From Lama glama (lineage: Eukaryota): a stretch of 64,000 bases of DNA. Position 1 is the first letter of the stretch; every line of letters starts with the position of its first letter. The position numbers and the translations under genes were made by a program. The stretch is taken from positions 32,924,001 to 32,988,000 of the forward strand of contig CM052817.1 of assembly GCA_028534125.1 (NCBI GenBank), written 5' to 3'. The notes below the pieces were generated by a model. The model was not told the DNA's origin. It was given only the letters and a program-made list of their open reading frames with translations, and did not search any database. Positions 11,328-23,689 of the stretch are shown piece after piece.

Positions 11328-12452
11328 AAAACTAACTCTAAATGGATCATGGATCTAAATGTAAGAGCTAAAACTATGAAACTTCTAAAAGGAATACAGG
11401 AGAAAATTATTAAAGGTTTAGGTTAGGCAAAGATTTAAATATGACACCAAAATCATGATTCATTTAAAAAAGATAAATTTGACACTATCAAAATGTAAAG
11501 CTTCTGATATATAAAAGACAATCTGAAAAGACAAACACAGTCGGGGAGAAATATTTGCAGAACATTATCTGGTAAAGAACATGTATCCAGAAAATACAAA
11601 GAACTCTCAAGACTCAATAATAAGAAGACAAACCAGTGAAAGAATGGGAAGAGATCTGAACAGACACTTTACCTAAGAAGATACATGAATGGCAAATAAG
11701 CACATGAAAAAATACCCAACACCATTAGTCACTAGGGAAACGCAAATTAAAACCACAATGAGATACCACTACACAGCTATCAGAATGGTTCAAAAAATGA
11801 AAAACTGAGAATTCCAAGCGCTGGTGAACATACACAACTTCACACTTTGTTGGTGGGAATGCAAAACTGCATAAGCACCTTGCAAACAATCTGGCAGTTT
11901 CCTATAAAGTTAAACATATACTTATAATGTGACCCAGTTGTCTCCCTCCTAGGCACTTATCCAAATGAAATTAAAGCTTACATTAACATAAAATCCTATA
12001 CTTGATTATTTATAGTGGCTTTATTCATAATTTCAAAAATTGGTAACAGCCTAAATGTCCTTCAACTGGTGAATGGGTAAACAAACTGGCACCTCCACAC
12101 AGTGGGAGATTATCCAACAATAAAAATAAATGAACTACTGATGTATATAACAACATTGGTGGACCTCAGACACATTATGTTCAGTGAAAGAAGCCACATC
12201 CTGCATAATTCCATTTTTATGTTATTCTGGAAACAGCAAGATTATAGGAACAGAAAATAGATCAGTGGTTGCTAGGGGCTGGTGGTGGGGAAAGGGTTGA
12301 CTACAAAGGGACAGAATGAGGACACTTTTAGAGGGATGGAACAGTTATAATTACAGTGCTGCTTACATGATTATATTTGTTCATGAAAACTTATAGAACT
12401 TTACACCAAAATAGTAAATTTTTCTGTATGTAAACTAAAATGTGAATCAACA
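11328..12452 (+). mobile_element. Old L1M (L1MC/L1ME-like), right part: ORF2 end and 3' UTR
   Basis: aaatggatcatggatctaaatgtaagagctaaaact, aaaaccacaatgagataccactacac, aaatgtccttcaactggtgaatgg, agatcagtggttgctaggggctgg. Confidence 0.9.
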
Positions 12453-12454
12453 AT

Positions 12455-12830
12455 TAGAATCTCATGTAAATGTCCATCAGCAGAATGTTGTCCAAATAAA
12501 TTATGGGCCACTTCACAAAGGAATAAAATATTCCTGTCAAAAAACAATAAGCTAGGTGTAAAGGCAATAGCAAGAAAATACGTCTAAGAGAAAAGCAAGT
12601 TGCAGAAGTGTAGACATATGGTGATTCCATTGTAATGAATCTAGGCATGTGTATGTTAGTAACTCTAAGTGGGGGAAAAAAAAACTATGGAGAAATAACC
12701 CCCCAGATAATGAGAAATATTTTCTGGGATGTTAGATGATAAAGGACTTTCATTTTCTATGATATACATATTATAATAATGTATGGAGTTTTTAAACAAA
12801 TACATTTTTTCATAATACAAAATCATAAAG
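12455..12830 (+). mobile_element. Ancient L1ME-like 3' fragment
   Basis: aaatgtccatcagcagaa...aaataaattatgg and gaaaagcaagttgcagaa are L1M 3' motifs. Confidence 0.5.
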
Positions 12831-14429
12831 ATATAAAATCTTCTGTCTTGAGCTGAAGATATCCATGAATTTTCCCATAAAAGCATAGAATTGCAGTGGT
12901 TTTCTGCCAGGCAGTCGAAAACAGGTTTTAGCAATAATTTGAAATGGAAGCTTAATTCTGAGTCTAGAGTCAAATTTGAAGGTAAGAGTGGCAGTTTCCC
13001 CTTGAGCCAGCATTTGTGCTACCAATCAGCAAGTGCCTGCCAGGTTTAAGAGAATGTTTTATATAATCAATGAAAAAGGCAAACCAATATGGGATGTATC
13101 CTATAAGGACAGGTGCATGAAAAGCAAAGTTGTTTTTACAGCCTCCAAACCTTAAAAGTTCTTTTTAAACACATATGTTCTCTTGGACCCAAAGTTGTTT
13201 TTTCACAGTAAAGTGTCTTACCTCTTTAAAACCACATATATCTGTTATAGGCCAGAGAATTTCTCTTGGCCAAGAAAGGCAAGAAAATCTATGATAAACA
13301 TGACAACAATCCAACAATGAACATAATGTCACAGTTCAACCAAACCCTGGGAAATGTAGATCTTGAATATTTTCTTGGAACCTTCCAATTCCATGTAAGC
13401 CAGGATACTGAAGTTTACATTAAGACCGCTTTCAATGAAAACAAAATGGCAGTGCTGCAGACTTTATAAAAGTTTTGGCCAATGTTGTTAAGCTTTGAGT
13501 GTAACATTTTTTGAAAATTAATTGGAAGCCCAAACTGACTTTTCAAGAGTCACGTGGTTCCCAAAATTTTCTTTAATGAAAACAGCATGTTGAAGAGATA
13601 CCACTGAAAAGAAAAATGAATAGAAATCTAGAAAAATTCCCAACTTCTGATTTACTGAGCTATTTACTGGCATTCACTGGAGTCCAATAAGAGAACTCTG
13701 TAGGCATAGTTGTGGATGCTCCACCCGTACCCCCTGGGGTTGGCAAATCTTTTCATGAGTCTGAAGAGGGTTCCACAGACCAGGGAGTTGCTCATAATGA
13801 GATCACCTTTCCTTGGCCCATCTAAACTGTGAAGGAAACTGCATTTTTTTTGATACAACTTTTTAGACTGATAATTGGGCTCCTGTCTGTTTTCTTACAG
13901 ATGTCCAAATGTTCACAGAAGTTGTTGGAAATAGCTTTCATTTTAAAACAGTCTGGTTTTAATGAAAACGAGTTTGAATGGGGAGTTGTGTGTAGCCATC
14001 ATGGCTTATGTCTGAAGCTGCTGAGTCTTCTCCATCATGAGTTTTACTCTAAGTACAAAAGGATGAAGGGAAAACCATAGGAAAGAAAATACCAGGTTGT
14101 TAACAGAAAGTGAATATATATTTATAGTATTTTAACACTGACAAAAATATATTCCTTCAAGTAGAATTTGCATTCTGAGATTTTCTTCTACCAGCAGAGT
14201 TTCCCTCATTCTAGCTTCAATGGTACTTTGCTTGCTCTAGTCTCCTCCATTCAGAATTCTGAAAAGCTCTTCTGTACTGTCACTTTCCATTTCATTAAAG
14301 AGGAAGATTGATTAGAGGGAACCTCATTTGGAATCAGAGACTGGCTCTCAGGCCATGGTCTAAAACACACACCACAGGTGTTCAATAAATGTTCATTCTC
14401 CCTTCCTTTCTCCCTCTTTGCTCTTAACT

Positions 14430-14625
14430 CTCTCATTTCCAATCCAGGTTGCATATCTGACTATCAGATCTATCAAAATAAGAGCTTTTAAACACCATTT
14501 TAAATTTCATCATGGAACTTCCTTGCTCAAAATTTTCTAATGGCTCCCAACTGCCCACAGAATGTAGTCTGAACCTCTCTTCCTGGTACTCAAGGCCCTC
14601 TGTAATCTGACTCCAATTACTTTAA
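14430..14625 (+). mobile_element. L2 fragment
   Basis: ccttgctcaaaattttctaatggctccc...caaggccctctgtaatctgactcca. Confidence 0.7.
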
Positions 14626-14794
14626 GATTCTCCAGCCCATTTTTAAGACAAATTTCTAGTGGACCAGTTTTCTCACTGATTCTTGTCTTTAATGGCAAGC
14701 CCTCAGCAAATCCTTCATTGTCCTCAACTTTAAGCGTATCTCTTGTGTGAGGACTGGCTACCCTACTCCTGCTTCTATTAGATCACAACAGCCA

Positions 14795-14995
14795 TAGCAA
14801 TTAATAGCTGCCATATAATTTGTGCCTCCTGCAGTATCTCACAGTAACAACTTGTAAACAAGGCAGTTTGATTCCTGTTTTACAGATAAGGGAATCAGAG
14901 CTCAGTAGACACTGACTTAAAACTATGTTACTATTACAGAAGGGTGAAAAAAAGATTTTCTCCTAAGATTATCTGATGCTAGAACCACTGCTCTC
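14795..14995 (-). mobile_element. MIR fragment
   Basis: ctcacagtaacaac...ttcctgttttacagataagggaatcagagctcag. Confidence 0.6.
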
Positions 14996-15049
14996 TTCCT
15001 GACTCTATGCCGCCTTCATCGATCTCTTCTGCTCTGAACCTTGTCCAGC

Positions 15050-15225
15050 TTTATCTCTGGCATCACTTATTTGACACTTAATCTCATTCTGTTTTGAACG
15101 GCTAATTACATGGTTCACTTGTGCTTATCTTCCAAGTGTGGCTGTGGGAGGGCAGTGACATCACTCTAACAAGAAGGCCCCTCCATCGGCCTCTAGCACA
15201 GTGCTATGGACACAGGAAGGATGCA
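15050..15225 (+). mobile_element. L2 3' end (degenerate)
   Basis: ggagggcagtgac...ctctagcacagtgctatggacacagga. Confidence 0.5.
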
Positions 15226-15376
15226 GCGGGAGAGTGTGGTCTGAAAGCATGTGTATACGTTCATTTTTGAACTAGATTCTCCCTCGGGCTCCCTATGTCT
15301 GTCGATAGCACTGGCCCTCTTTGTGGAGTGAATGTTATCAAATGAAGAGTGTATCTTCATATCTTTAGCCCGTGTA

Positions 15377-15397
15377 ACTACCAGAGGGCGTGACTCA
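15377..15397 (+). promoter_or_regulatory. Candidate CTCF motif abutting an AP-1 site
   Basis: ACTACCAGAGGGCG closely matches the CTCF core CCACCAG(A/G)GGGCG; TGACTCA follows immediately at 15391-15397. Confidence 0.45.
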
Positions 15398-18059
15398 TAG
15401 AGGATAAAAAGAGGGAGGTGAGCTTCACTGTAATGTCAACTGTCCAGCATTAATGAAATAGAAAATGGATGGAGCTAAGTAAATCATCTGAAGAAGGATA
15501 TTTATAAACAATCCACATTGGAATTTGATATTTTTTCCCTAAGCATACCTCAATTTAATGTGGGATTCATTCAAACCAAAATTTAATTTCTTACAATATA
15601 ATAAAAATGAAACAATTTGAGATTCTATAATGTTTTATTCTGGAAGCTTGCTAGTGTGAAAAATGGAAAGCGTGTAGCTGTGTCTAACATACATAATTTG
15701 CTTTAAGTTGGCTGAAAATTTTTTTTAAGTACTCTAAATTGTGCCATATCAAATACTTCTATTCTTTGAGTTCTCTCTCTTTTCTGCAAACCGCAGCCTC
15801 ATTACCTCCTTTCAATGTACACTTCTTATTTCCTCTTAGAAGCAGGTTCATTACGGAGCTTCAGGTATCATCATCATCATTATGCTTTGTTAATGACTCA
15901 TATCTACTGATGAATTTGTAAAGGATCTTCATTAAGAATGAAAATGATAACTAATTTGAAATTGGAAGTTAAAAGGTTTTCTGTTTGTTGATATAAAGTC
16001 TTCTGTGAATGAGAGAAAACCTTTGCCAAACCTAAATAACTGTTCAAGTTTGGTTGTTTATTCATTTCCCTTATTTGGTGGGAAAAAAAGAGCAAGAGAG
16101 AGCAAGAAAATTGCAGGGACTATTGAGTCTATAAATCTGCCAGCAGACATACTCTGTCAGTATTTTCATAGACTTTATTATGCAGTCTTTAAACAGCATA
16201 TTCACGCCAGCTGGGTGGACTGGAATAGAAAACACGTCTCTGAGAAGAAGCTATTATTGGGTCAATGCTAATTAAAAGGGCTTATGCAACCATCTGTGGG
16301 ATCCCCAATAGCAGACGTTTGTTTCTAGAACCTTCAGTGCTGCTACATCTTAAGGTTGTCTCTAGCAGTTTTATGGATACCAGAGACATTCTCACTGATG
16401 GTGATGGGAACAAAGGTGTTGGTGAACCTGTTGGATTCATAAGGTATGTTTTACAATTAATAGGGAGGTTACAATCATTGCATATAACTTGATAGACTTA
16501 GAGAGTTTCTATGGAGTCAAGTTGCCCTAGTGACAGTTCTATGCAGAGTATATCAACACCACATTGTGTTGACCTGTTTACAGCACTTGTGCACAGCATT
16601 TAAATTAGGAGATGAGATATCCTGTTTGAGTAACTAAGTGAATAACTTGTGCACCCCGGTCGGCGCTTTGGGAAGTGTAAGCATTTAGTTTTGCAAGAGT
16701 AAGTGTTGGGTGAGGATGAGAGGAACAAAGAGAATAAGCCTCACTGTTTCTGGCTTTGAACATGGAAGTGGTCACTTTGTACGTGTTGGTTTGATGTAGC
16801 TCTTAAGAAATGCACAAATTATTACTTTAAAAACTGTGCTTCACTATTTCAGTGGTAATAAAATTACCTGGAATGGCTGGTGTCAAAATGGGTTTTATTC
16901 TTGTCAGGTATTCCTCAGCACAGCTCTGTTGCCTAGGCCCTACCCAGCGCCTCATTTCTATCATCTGCTGCCCCCAGGAGTTTCCTTATTTCTACATCTG
17001 TTCTCTTTTCAATATAACAGCATGGAGCGAAAAACACTCCTCTTTGTTAAGACAAGCTGAAGGACAAACAGGCTATGTCAAAAAGATAAAACATGTCTCA
17101 GATATACTTAGAATTAAGACCTGGTCTCATGGGTCTAATTAAGGCAGAGCTGAATAGTGCTTCCAAAGACTTCTGGGCCCTTTGGTAACTGATAATCCTG
17201 ATGGGGTTTACAAAGCTGGTCTTGGTTGGACAGTTACATGGGTTTCTTTAATTCTCTGTATGCCACGGGGGTAGCATTGCCATTAACTCCCCAATCCATC
17301 TGGAAGAGCATAAAATCACTGCTCTGGTTTCCATAACCTGATATAACAGACATTTATTTCTATGTTGGTAGTATATGGCTTATCCTAAAACAAACCAACC
17401 CAAAAGATCTGAGAACACTGGGCTCTGATTCCCACATGGCCACAATCAGCTGGAGCTGAGCAAGTGTGCCCAGTCCCTGTGGCTTGACTCAGGCCCACTT
17501 ATGTATTTCTATCACCTGTCCCATCCCTGCAAGCATCTGAGTTTGCCATCTCTGTACAATTTAGAGTAAGATACATTGCACAGGGACTTTAATACACTTA
17601 TGCTTTTGTATTTGTGTAAATCAAACCAAACCTGACTTCTATCAAGGTATGTAACTAATTTTAGGATGCCACTGAAGGCATAAATGTGTTTGAGGGTTGA
17701 TGGGGACAGAGAAGATGAAAAAACACTAACGTTGGTAGAAGAACCAAGTTCTTGTCTTGGTTCCTTTCGTCTCATTTCTAGGTCTCAGTTTCCAAGCAGT
17801 CTATAAGGGTCTGATTTATATCCTTAAAAAAATAACAAAGTCCAGAAAAGCCAAAAAATGCATATTTATATTATTATATGTGTTACTTATCAGCTGGAGT
17901 TCACGAAAGCACTGATATGGACCACATAGATAAGGGAGTTAGTCCTAAAATTTAGTGAAAGAGTATTCTGTATTCAAGGCTAGCCATTTAAAACGAAAAC
18001 AACCACCACCACCATTTGCTTACCCGTGTGTATCAGCGTTTGGCACTATTTTGCAATTG

Positions 18060-18437
18060 TTGCCTCACAACAGCAGCGATGCGCTCCTTTCTGTTTCCCA
18101 GCCTCCCTTGAGTCAGGGTGGCCACAGGACTAATTCTGAGCGATGTAAGTGAATGTTACTTGTGTAATTTCCAGGCTCTTATGGTCAGGTGTACGTGTTC
18201 CTTCTTCACTCCCTTTCTCCCTTCCTCTCCACTCTCTTCACCTCATTTGCCTGCTGCAAGTATGTCAGCAGAGCCTCAAGATGGAAGCACTTGGGTCCCC
18301 AAGTCACTAATCAGAGGGGAGTTGCCTGACCCATGTCAGATTTTGATGTGAATGAGAAATAAGCTTCTGCCATATTAAGACACTGCAATTTTAGGATTTA
18401 TTTGTTATCACAGTGTAACTTCGCTTATAATATAACA
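18060..18437 (+). mobile_element. MLT1 (ERVL-MaLR) solo LTR
   Basis: tttcccagcctcccttg, caagatggaagcacttgggtccc, tgaatgagaaataagcttc...aagacactgcaattttaggatttatttgttatcacag. Confidence 0.8.
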
Positions 18438-19110
18438 ACCAACACAAGACAAATAAATTAGATGCTAAAGCTCATATAAGACAGCAACTGTCATCTATAA
18501 TCCATAATTTCAAATTTTTGTATTCATTAAAAAGCTTTAATTTATTACAAGCAATACATAAACTTATAGTTAATTTATGAGTTTTTAAAGGCCTTGTTGC
18601 TATTACTGATGGTTTTTGTAATACGTTTATATATTTTAACTTGTAAAATATGTTTATAATAATAAAACGCTAATATATTCTGTTTCAGATATCAGGGCTC
18701 TATGCAAAATTTATGTGTAATTTAAAAAATTCTACTTCTAAAGTGCTGGAAAATCACTAGATGAGAGAATATCAAAGGTCCCATAAAATAAGATTCAATA
18801 ACAAGTTCAGTACTTCCCTCTCTGCAACGAAAGCAAACCACTGCCTTGAAGCACAAAGAAGTAGAAACCATGTCTATGAAATTCATGCTGCCCATTAGTG
18901 TCATGTTCCACTAGGTGTAACAGATAGGAAGCATTACCAAGAGCTGTAGGGGATTCTAAAAGAATTGATTAATCCTGTTATTTTTTAATTTCATTTTTAG
19001 AAAAGGGACACGAAGCTATTAGTAACAGAACTCCCAATAACCACGTGGAGCTAAAACATGTGACCACACGTCCATGTCTCAGTTCCACATGTCAGGACTG
19101 TCATACTATC

Positions 19111-19575
19111 TGTGTTAGTTACCTATTTCTGATTTATAAATTACCTCAAAAATTAGAGGCTTAAACATTAATAAATATTTATTACCTCACAGTTTCTGTG
19201 AATCAGGAATTCAAGAGTGGTTTAGCAGGGGGTTCTGGCTCTGCAGGCTCTGTTTCCAAAATAGCCCACTCACATTGCTAGCAAGTTGGTGCTGAGTGTG
19301 GCAGGGAGCTTCAGTTCCTCACCACATGACTGAGTGTCCTCTGATGTGATGGCTGGCTTCCTCAAGAAGGGGAGATCAAAGAGAGGGCAAGGCGGAAGCC
19401 ACAATATTTGTTATGACCTCACCTCAGAAGACATACTTTGTCATTTCTGCAATATCCTATTGGTACAAAGTTTAACCTTTTCATTAGCCTTTCCAGTGTG
19501 GGAGGGGCCTGCACAAATGTATGAATACTGGAAAGAGAGACTCATCGGGTGCCATCTTGAAGGCTTGCTACCACA
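19111..19575 (-). mobile_element. MLT1 (F/G/H-like) solo LTR
   Basis: TG...CA ends; aattacctcaaaattagaggcttaaac, ctcacagtttctgtgaatcaggaattc, gccatcttgaaggcttgctaccaca. Confidence 0.85.
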
Positions 19576-20989
19576 CAGTTGTCTTCAAAGAGGAAAGTCT
19601 TATCCATAATTAAACATGTAAAGCAGACACCTGTTCAGACTGTGTTTATCAGTCAGGCATGAAATGTCTCTCCAAATACATTCACCTTAATCATGCTTTT
19701 CAAAAAAATGTCCCATTTTGAGAGAAGGACTGGGATTTTCATGAAGATTTGCATGGTCACAAAGGAACATGTTGGCCTCCAAACAATGAACTTTCCCCCA
19801 GAAAGTATACAGTTAAAAGGAACCAGAAACATCTTGTTGACATAGCAAGTCTGTTATTAATCTTCTTAAGTACTGATATCCAATTAAAACAAAGAAACTT
19901 TTCAGCTTGATCCAATACATCATGTACTTTGCCTTTCTCAGTCCAAAAGAAAAAAAAAAAGGAAGTATGTACTGTACTTTCTAGAAACTGGAAGTTTAAA
20001 GCGGCATCTAAATATTACAAGTAAATAAAATCATGTGTCCTGGAAAACATACATGGAAAAGTTCTAGTATAAGACAAAATAGTCTCTGGGGGAAAAAATC
20101 CCACTTATGAAACTAGTTTTCTCTTTATTTTTTCCCAGCTAATTTTTTTTTCAGCTGAACTACCATTTTATCCTAATTTCCTCCATTTAAGCAAATGTTA
20201 GATTTCAAACATAGCAACATAATGGAGCCCCAGTATCACTCTGAGCTGCCTGCCTTTCTGGCGGCAGACTCTTACAGTCTCTTCTTGGGACTACGCAATT
20301 GCCATCTAAATGTTATGTCTTGGAGCAAGACTGGGCTGAATCTTCACAACTTGAGGAACTAGGACTTCTTCTGTCTTTCGGGGCAAAGAAACCAGAAAGC
20401 ACCTGGACTTCATATGTGAGAACAATGATGGGGCCACAGGCACTGTTTCTAAAGATAAATACCATTTCACCATTCCTGAATATGGCAACGGGTTTAGCTA
20501 TCAACAAAATACTAATTTTATTATAAATTTATCGACTTCTTATTGAAGAAATGGGAGTGAGAGGGAAGGAGGCTAGGAATACACGTCTGTCAGGCTCTGC
20601 TTCAAAATGCTGAAGGCAACAGCAGAACGGGTAGAACGAGGAAAGGGCATCACCTGTGGAGAATCAGGTGAGGCCCACATCACTGAAGAGTGAAGCTAAA
20701 GTGATGGCTTCAAGCCAAAAAGAGGCTGGAAACAGATGGCGGCAAAATTAAAGCATCTGATTAGGGGGCTGGTAGCTAACAAATAAAAACAAACTGGGGA
20801 GACTTGACTTATAATAAACATGGGTTGAGAAAAGGACCCAGTCATGCTTAACTTAAATAATTGCTGTCCATCATGCTGTGAAATTTCATGCATTTGTAAA
20901 TAAAGATTAATAAAAGAAACATAAAGTAAGAAAAATAATAATTATCCAGAATAAAATTGCTAGATAATTATAACAAAACATGGCGAGTT

Positions 20990-21235
20990 AGAGCAGAGGA
21001 ATGATGTAAACATGTACTAGAGGTATTATCTACCTTGTTGAATGAAAAAAGCAATTTGCAAAATAGTATTATTTTTACTACAGTACTACTTTTAATATTG
21101 TTCTACTTGTCTATGAAAAGAATATAGAAATATATATGGTATAGAAAAAGCTTTGTTAGGACACACCCAAATTTTTGAAGTGGCAATGAGGGAACATTTG
21201 TGCACGTCTGTATTATTTAAATTAAAAAAAATAAC
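20990..21235 (+). mobile_element. Ancient L1ME-like 3' fragment
   Basis: ttgttgaatgaaaaaagcaatttgcaaaatagtat and ggacacacccaaattttt. Confidence 0.45.
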
Positions 21236-21383
21236 TCCTTTTAAGAAATATCCTTTTAAATAAAAACTTCAAAAAATAGTAACTTTCCCAAAATATATTT
21301 TCAAAATATGAACTCTCATTTTTTGGCAGTGATATGCTGATGCTATGCCTCCTGCATTTTGTAAGTAGAACTTTCACAGTTCA

Positions 21384-21845
21384 TGTTAGACACTGCAGCA
21401 GCCCCTGGAGTTCGCTGTGATCTCCCTTCAAGAAAGAACTTGCCTTTGAGCTGCAATGAGTGCAATTAGCGGACAGCCTTCAGCTGTCACGCACTGGCAT
21501 CCTCCTCCGTGGCTGAGCCAAGGCCAAGGCTACACTCCTCCTGGCTGTACCAGCCAAGGGCTGAGGATGGCCTGACCATTCCCTCCTAGGAGTCTCCGCT
21601 GATAGTCTTTGCTCCCAAATCCTCCCTGGGTTGGTCATGTCCTTGTCAGCTTTGCGTCCAGATCTGAGGCTTGCTCTGCCTGAGTCCTGCTTCCCCCTCC
21701 TTTCCTTTCACAGTTGTCAGAGCTGCACATTAGCCAAAGGCCTTACCCCCTGTTATCTTTCAAAGCCATTACCAGCTACCACATAAAGCTCTTGCACTTC
21801 TAACCCTGTCTCAGCACCTGCTTCTTGGAGGACCTGGCCAACACA
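21384..21845 (+). mobile_element. LTR16-family (ERVL) solo LTR
   Basis: TG...CA ends; gatctcccttcaag, gacagccttcagctgtca, cctgcttcc...tttcacagttgtcag, ataaagctcttgcacttcta...tctcagcacctgcttcttggaggacc. Confidence 0.8.
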
Positions 21846-22284
21846 GACGTCTTTGGGGGTTTGTACACTTTACAAGGACTCTTCTTTTTTTCTGAGAACT
21901 CCTCTGTCCACTCCCACTCCATAATCCCTTGTCAAGCCTTGTTTTTATCATATGACTTTGTCCTGACATTACTGGCTGTGCAGGGAGCAGACACATAATC
22001 CAGGCTACACCAATTACTACTGTAACCTATAATAAATTCTTCCCAGTGTTCCCTCTCTGATATGCATGCTAGCTCAAGTAGATTTCTCTTACTTGTAAGC
22101 ACAGTTCTTCACTAGTACAGTCAATGATTGTGTCCTTCCCTGCACTCGTGCACTCGACTTTATTTTATGGAGGTTCCTGAAAGGCAAGCTGAAAAGAAAG
22201 AAAATGCCATTTTCTTGGTGATTTCCATCATAAAATGGTAAGTGTATGCCTTTAAAAGGCTTGATCCTAAGGAATGTCGCTTGG

Positions 22285-22445
22285 ATTGAGCACTGATTTT
22301 GAGTCTGGAGACCCAGCCACAAATTCCAGCTAACCGGATATGCATCACTGGGCAGGCCACCTCACTTTCCTGGGGCTTGGTTTCTGTGCTTTACAAAATG
22401 TGGGGATTTTAGCCTAATTTAACTCTAAGGTCCCTTCCAACTCAA
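22285..22445 (+). mobile_element. MIR3/MIRc SINE
   Basis: ctgggcaggccacctcac...caaaatgtggggat...ctctaaggtcccttccaactc. Confidence 0.7.
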
Positions 22446-22834
22446 TAATTTAATAATATGCCCTAACACTGTTTTTCCAGAGACCATGACAGTCTCTGGC
22501 ACATAATATGGACTCAACAAACAGTTTCTGAATTGAATAAATTAATAAGTAATTATAAACTTGAAGGATATTTTTGAGACTTTAGAAGCAAGTAAATGAA
22601 AATATTTAATCTTGTGGGCAAAAGGAATACGATTTATTATTCCCTCTTCTTTAAACTTTTCTCTGGTTTCTGGAATTTTGCTTTCTTCCCTCTCCAGCCC
22701 AGGCTTCATCATCCAAGCACCCTTGTCCCTGTCACTACTTTTTCCTGCTAAACCTGAACTCCAGTAAGCCCGTTTTATCCTCCTGTCCTACATCAGGTTT
22801 TCTGGGCAAGCAGCATAAAGAGGATAATGCACAA

Positions 22835-23003
22835 TAGCATATATTGTACTTACTTGTGTATTGACTCCCCCCGGCTAGAATGTAGCTCCATGAGGCATGG
22901 ATATTTGTCTGTGTTGTTCACTGCTGTGTCTACAGCGCTTGGGACAGTGCCCTGCACTCGGTAGGTACTTAATATTTGTGGGTTAAATGAATGAATAAGT
23001 GAC
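22835..23003 (+). mobile_element. L2a 3' end
   Basis: ctagaatgtagctccatgagg...tgttcactgctgtgtc...acagtgccctgcactcggtaggtacttaatatttg...aatgaatgaat. Confidence 0.85.
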
Positions 23004-23257
23004 TACATGAATAATCATTCTAATATGGAACTATCCTTCAGAAAAGCTATTTGCACTGGAGATTTAAATGTGAGGATTTTGCAAGGGGTATAGGAGAGGG
23101 GAGGGGGCATTTGTAATCGTAGTAGGGCGGGAGACACTGCAGCAAGGATCTGAAGCAGGTAAGGGAAGGAGCCACGCTCTCACTAAGGTCCCGGATCCTG
23201 TTTTGGGCTTGAACACAATCCAAAACAACAACAGCAGCGCAACAATAACCCCTACCT

Positions 23258-23600
23258 GAGGCAGGAACAATGAAGCAAGTACAAAGGCCCTGAGGCAGGA
23301 GCAGTCCCAGCCTGCTGGCCTGTCTGAGGGACCACGTGCAGGCCTGTGTAGCTGAAGTGGCGTGACCAAGGTAAGAACAAGAGGAGGTGAGGTCAGAGGG
23401 AACATGGCAGGCGGGGCTGGCAGGCCACTGAGGAAACTTCAGCTTCTACTGAGTGAGGTGAGAAGCTACTAGAGGATTTTTTGAGCAGAGGAATGACATG
23501 GTCTGAATTCTGTTTTTAAAGGCCGATTTTGGCTGCTGTGATAAGGTTACAGAGGAGCAAAGGCAGGAGCAGGGAGACCCGTTGGAGACAATATAATTAT
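23258..23600 (-). mobile_element. L2 fragment
   Basis: caaaggccctgaggcagga, tttgagcagaggaatgacatggtctga, ggctgctgtg, gcagggagacccgttggag. Confidence 0.8.
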
Positions 23601-23689
23601 GCCTGTTAGAAAAATGTTCCCCAGTCATTCCAAAGCTATTACGCCACAGGTGAACCCACTGTGTCCTCCCCAGACTTGTTTCTTTGACC

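Noticed and set aside
13664..13858. Minus-strand acceptor-like TTTCCTTCACAG followed by an open frame
   Set aside because: Unrecognised peptide, no partner exon, and GGGGTTGGCAAA/AGGGTTCCACAGACC suggests a decayed hAT MITE instead.
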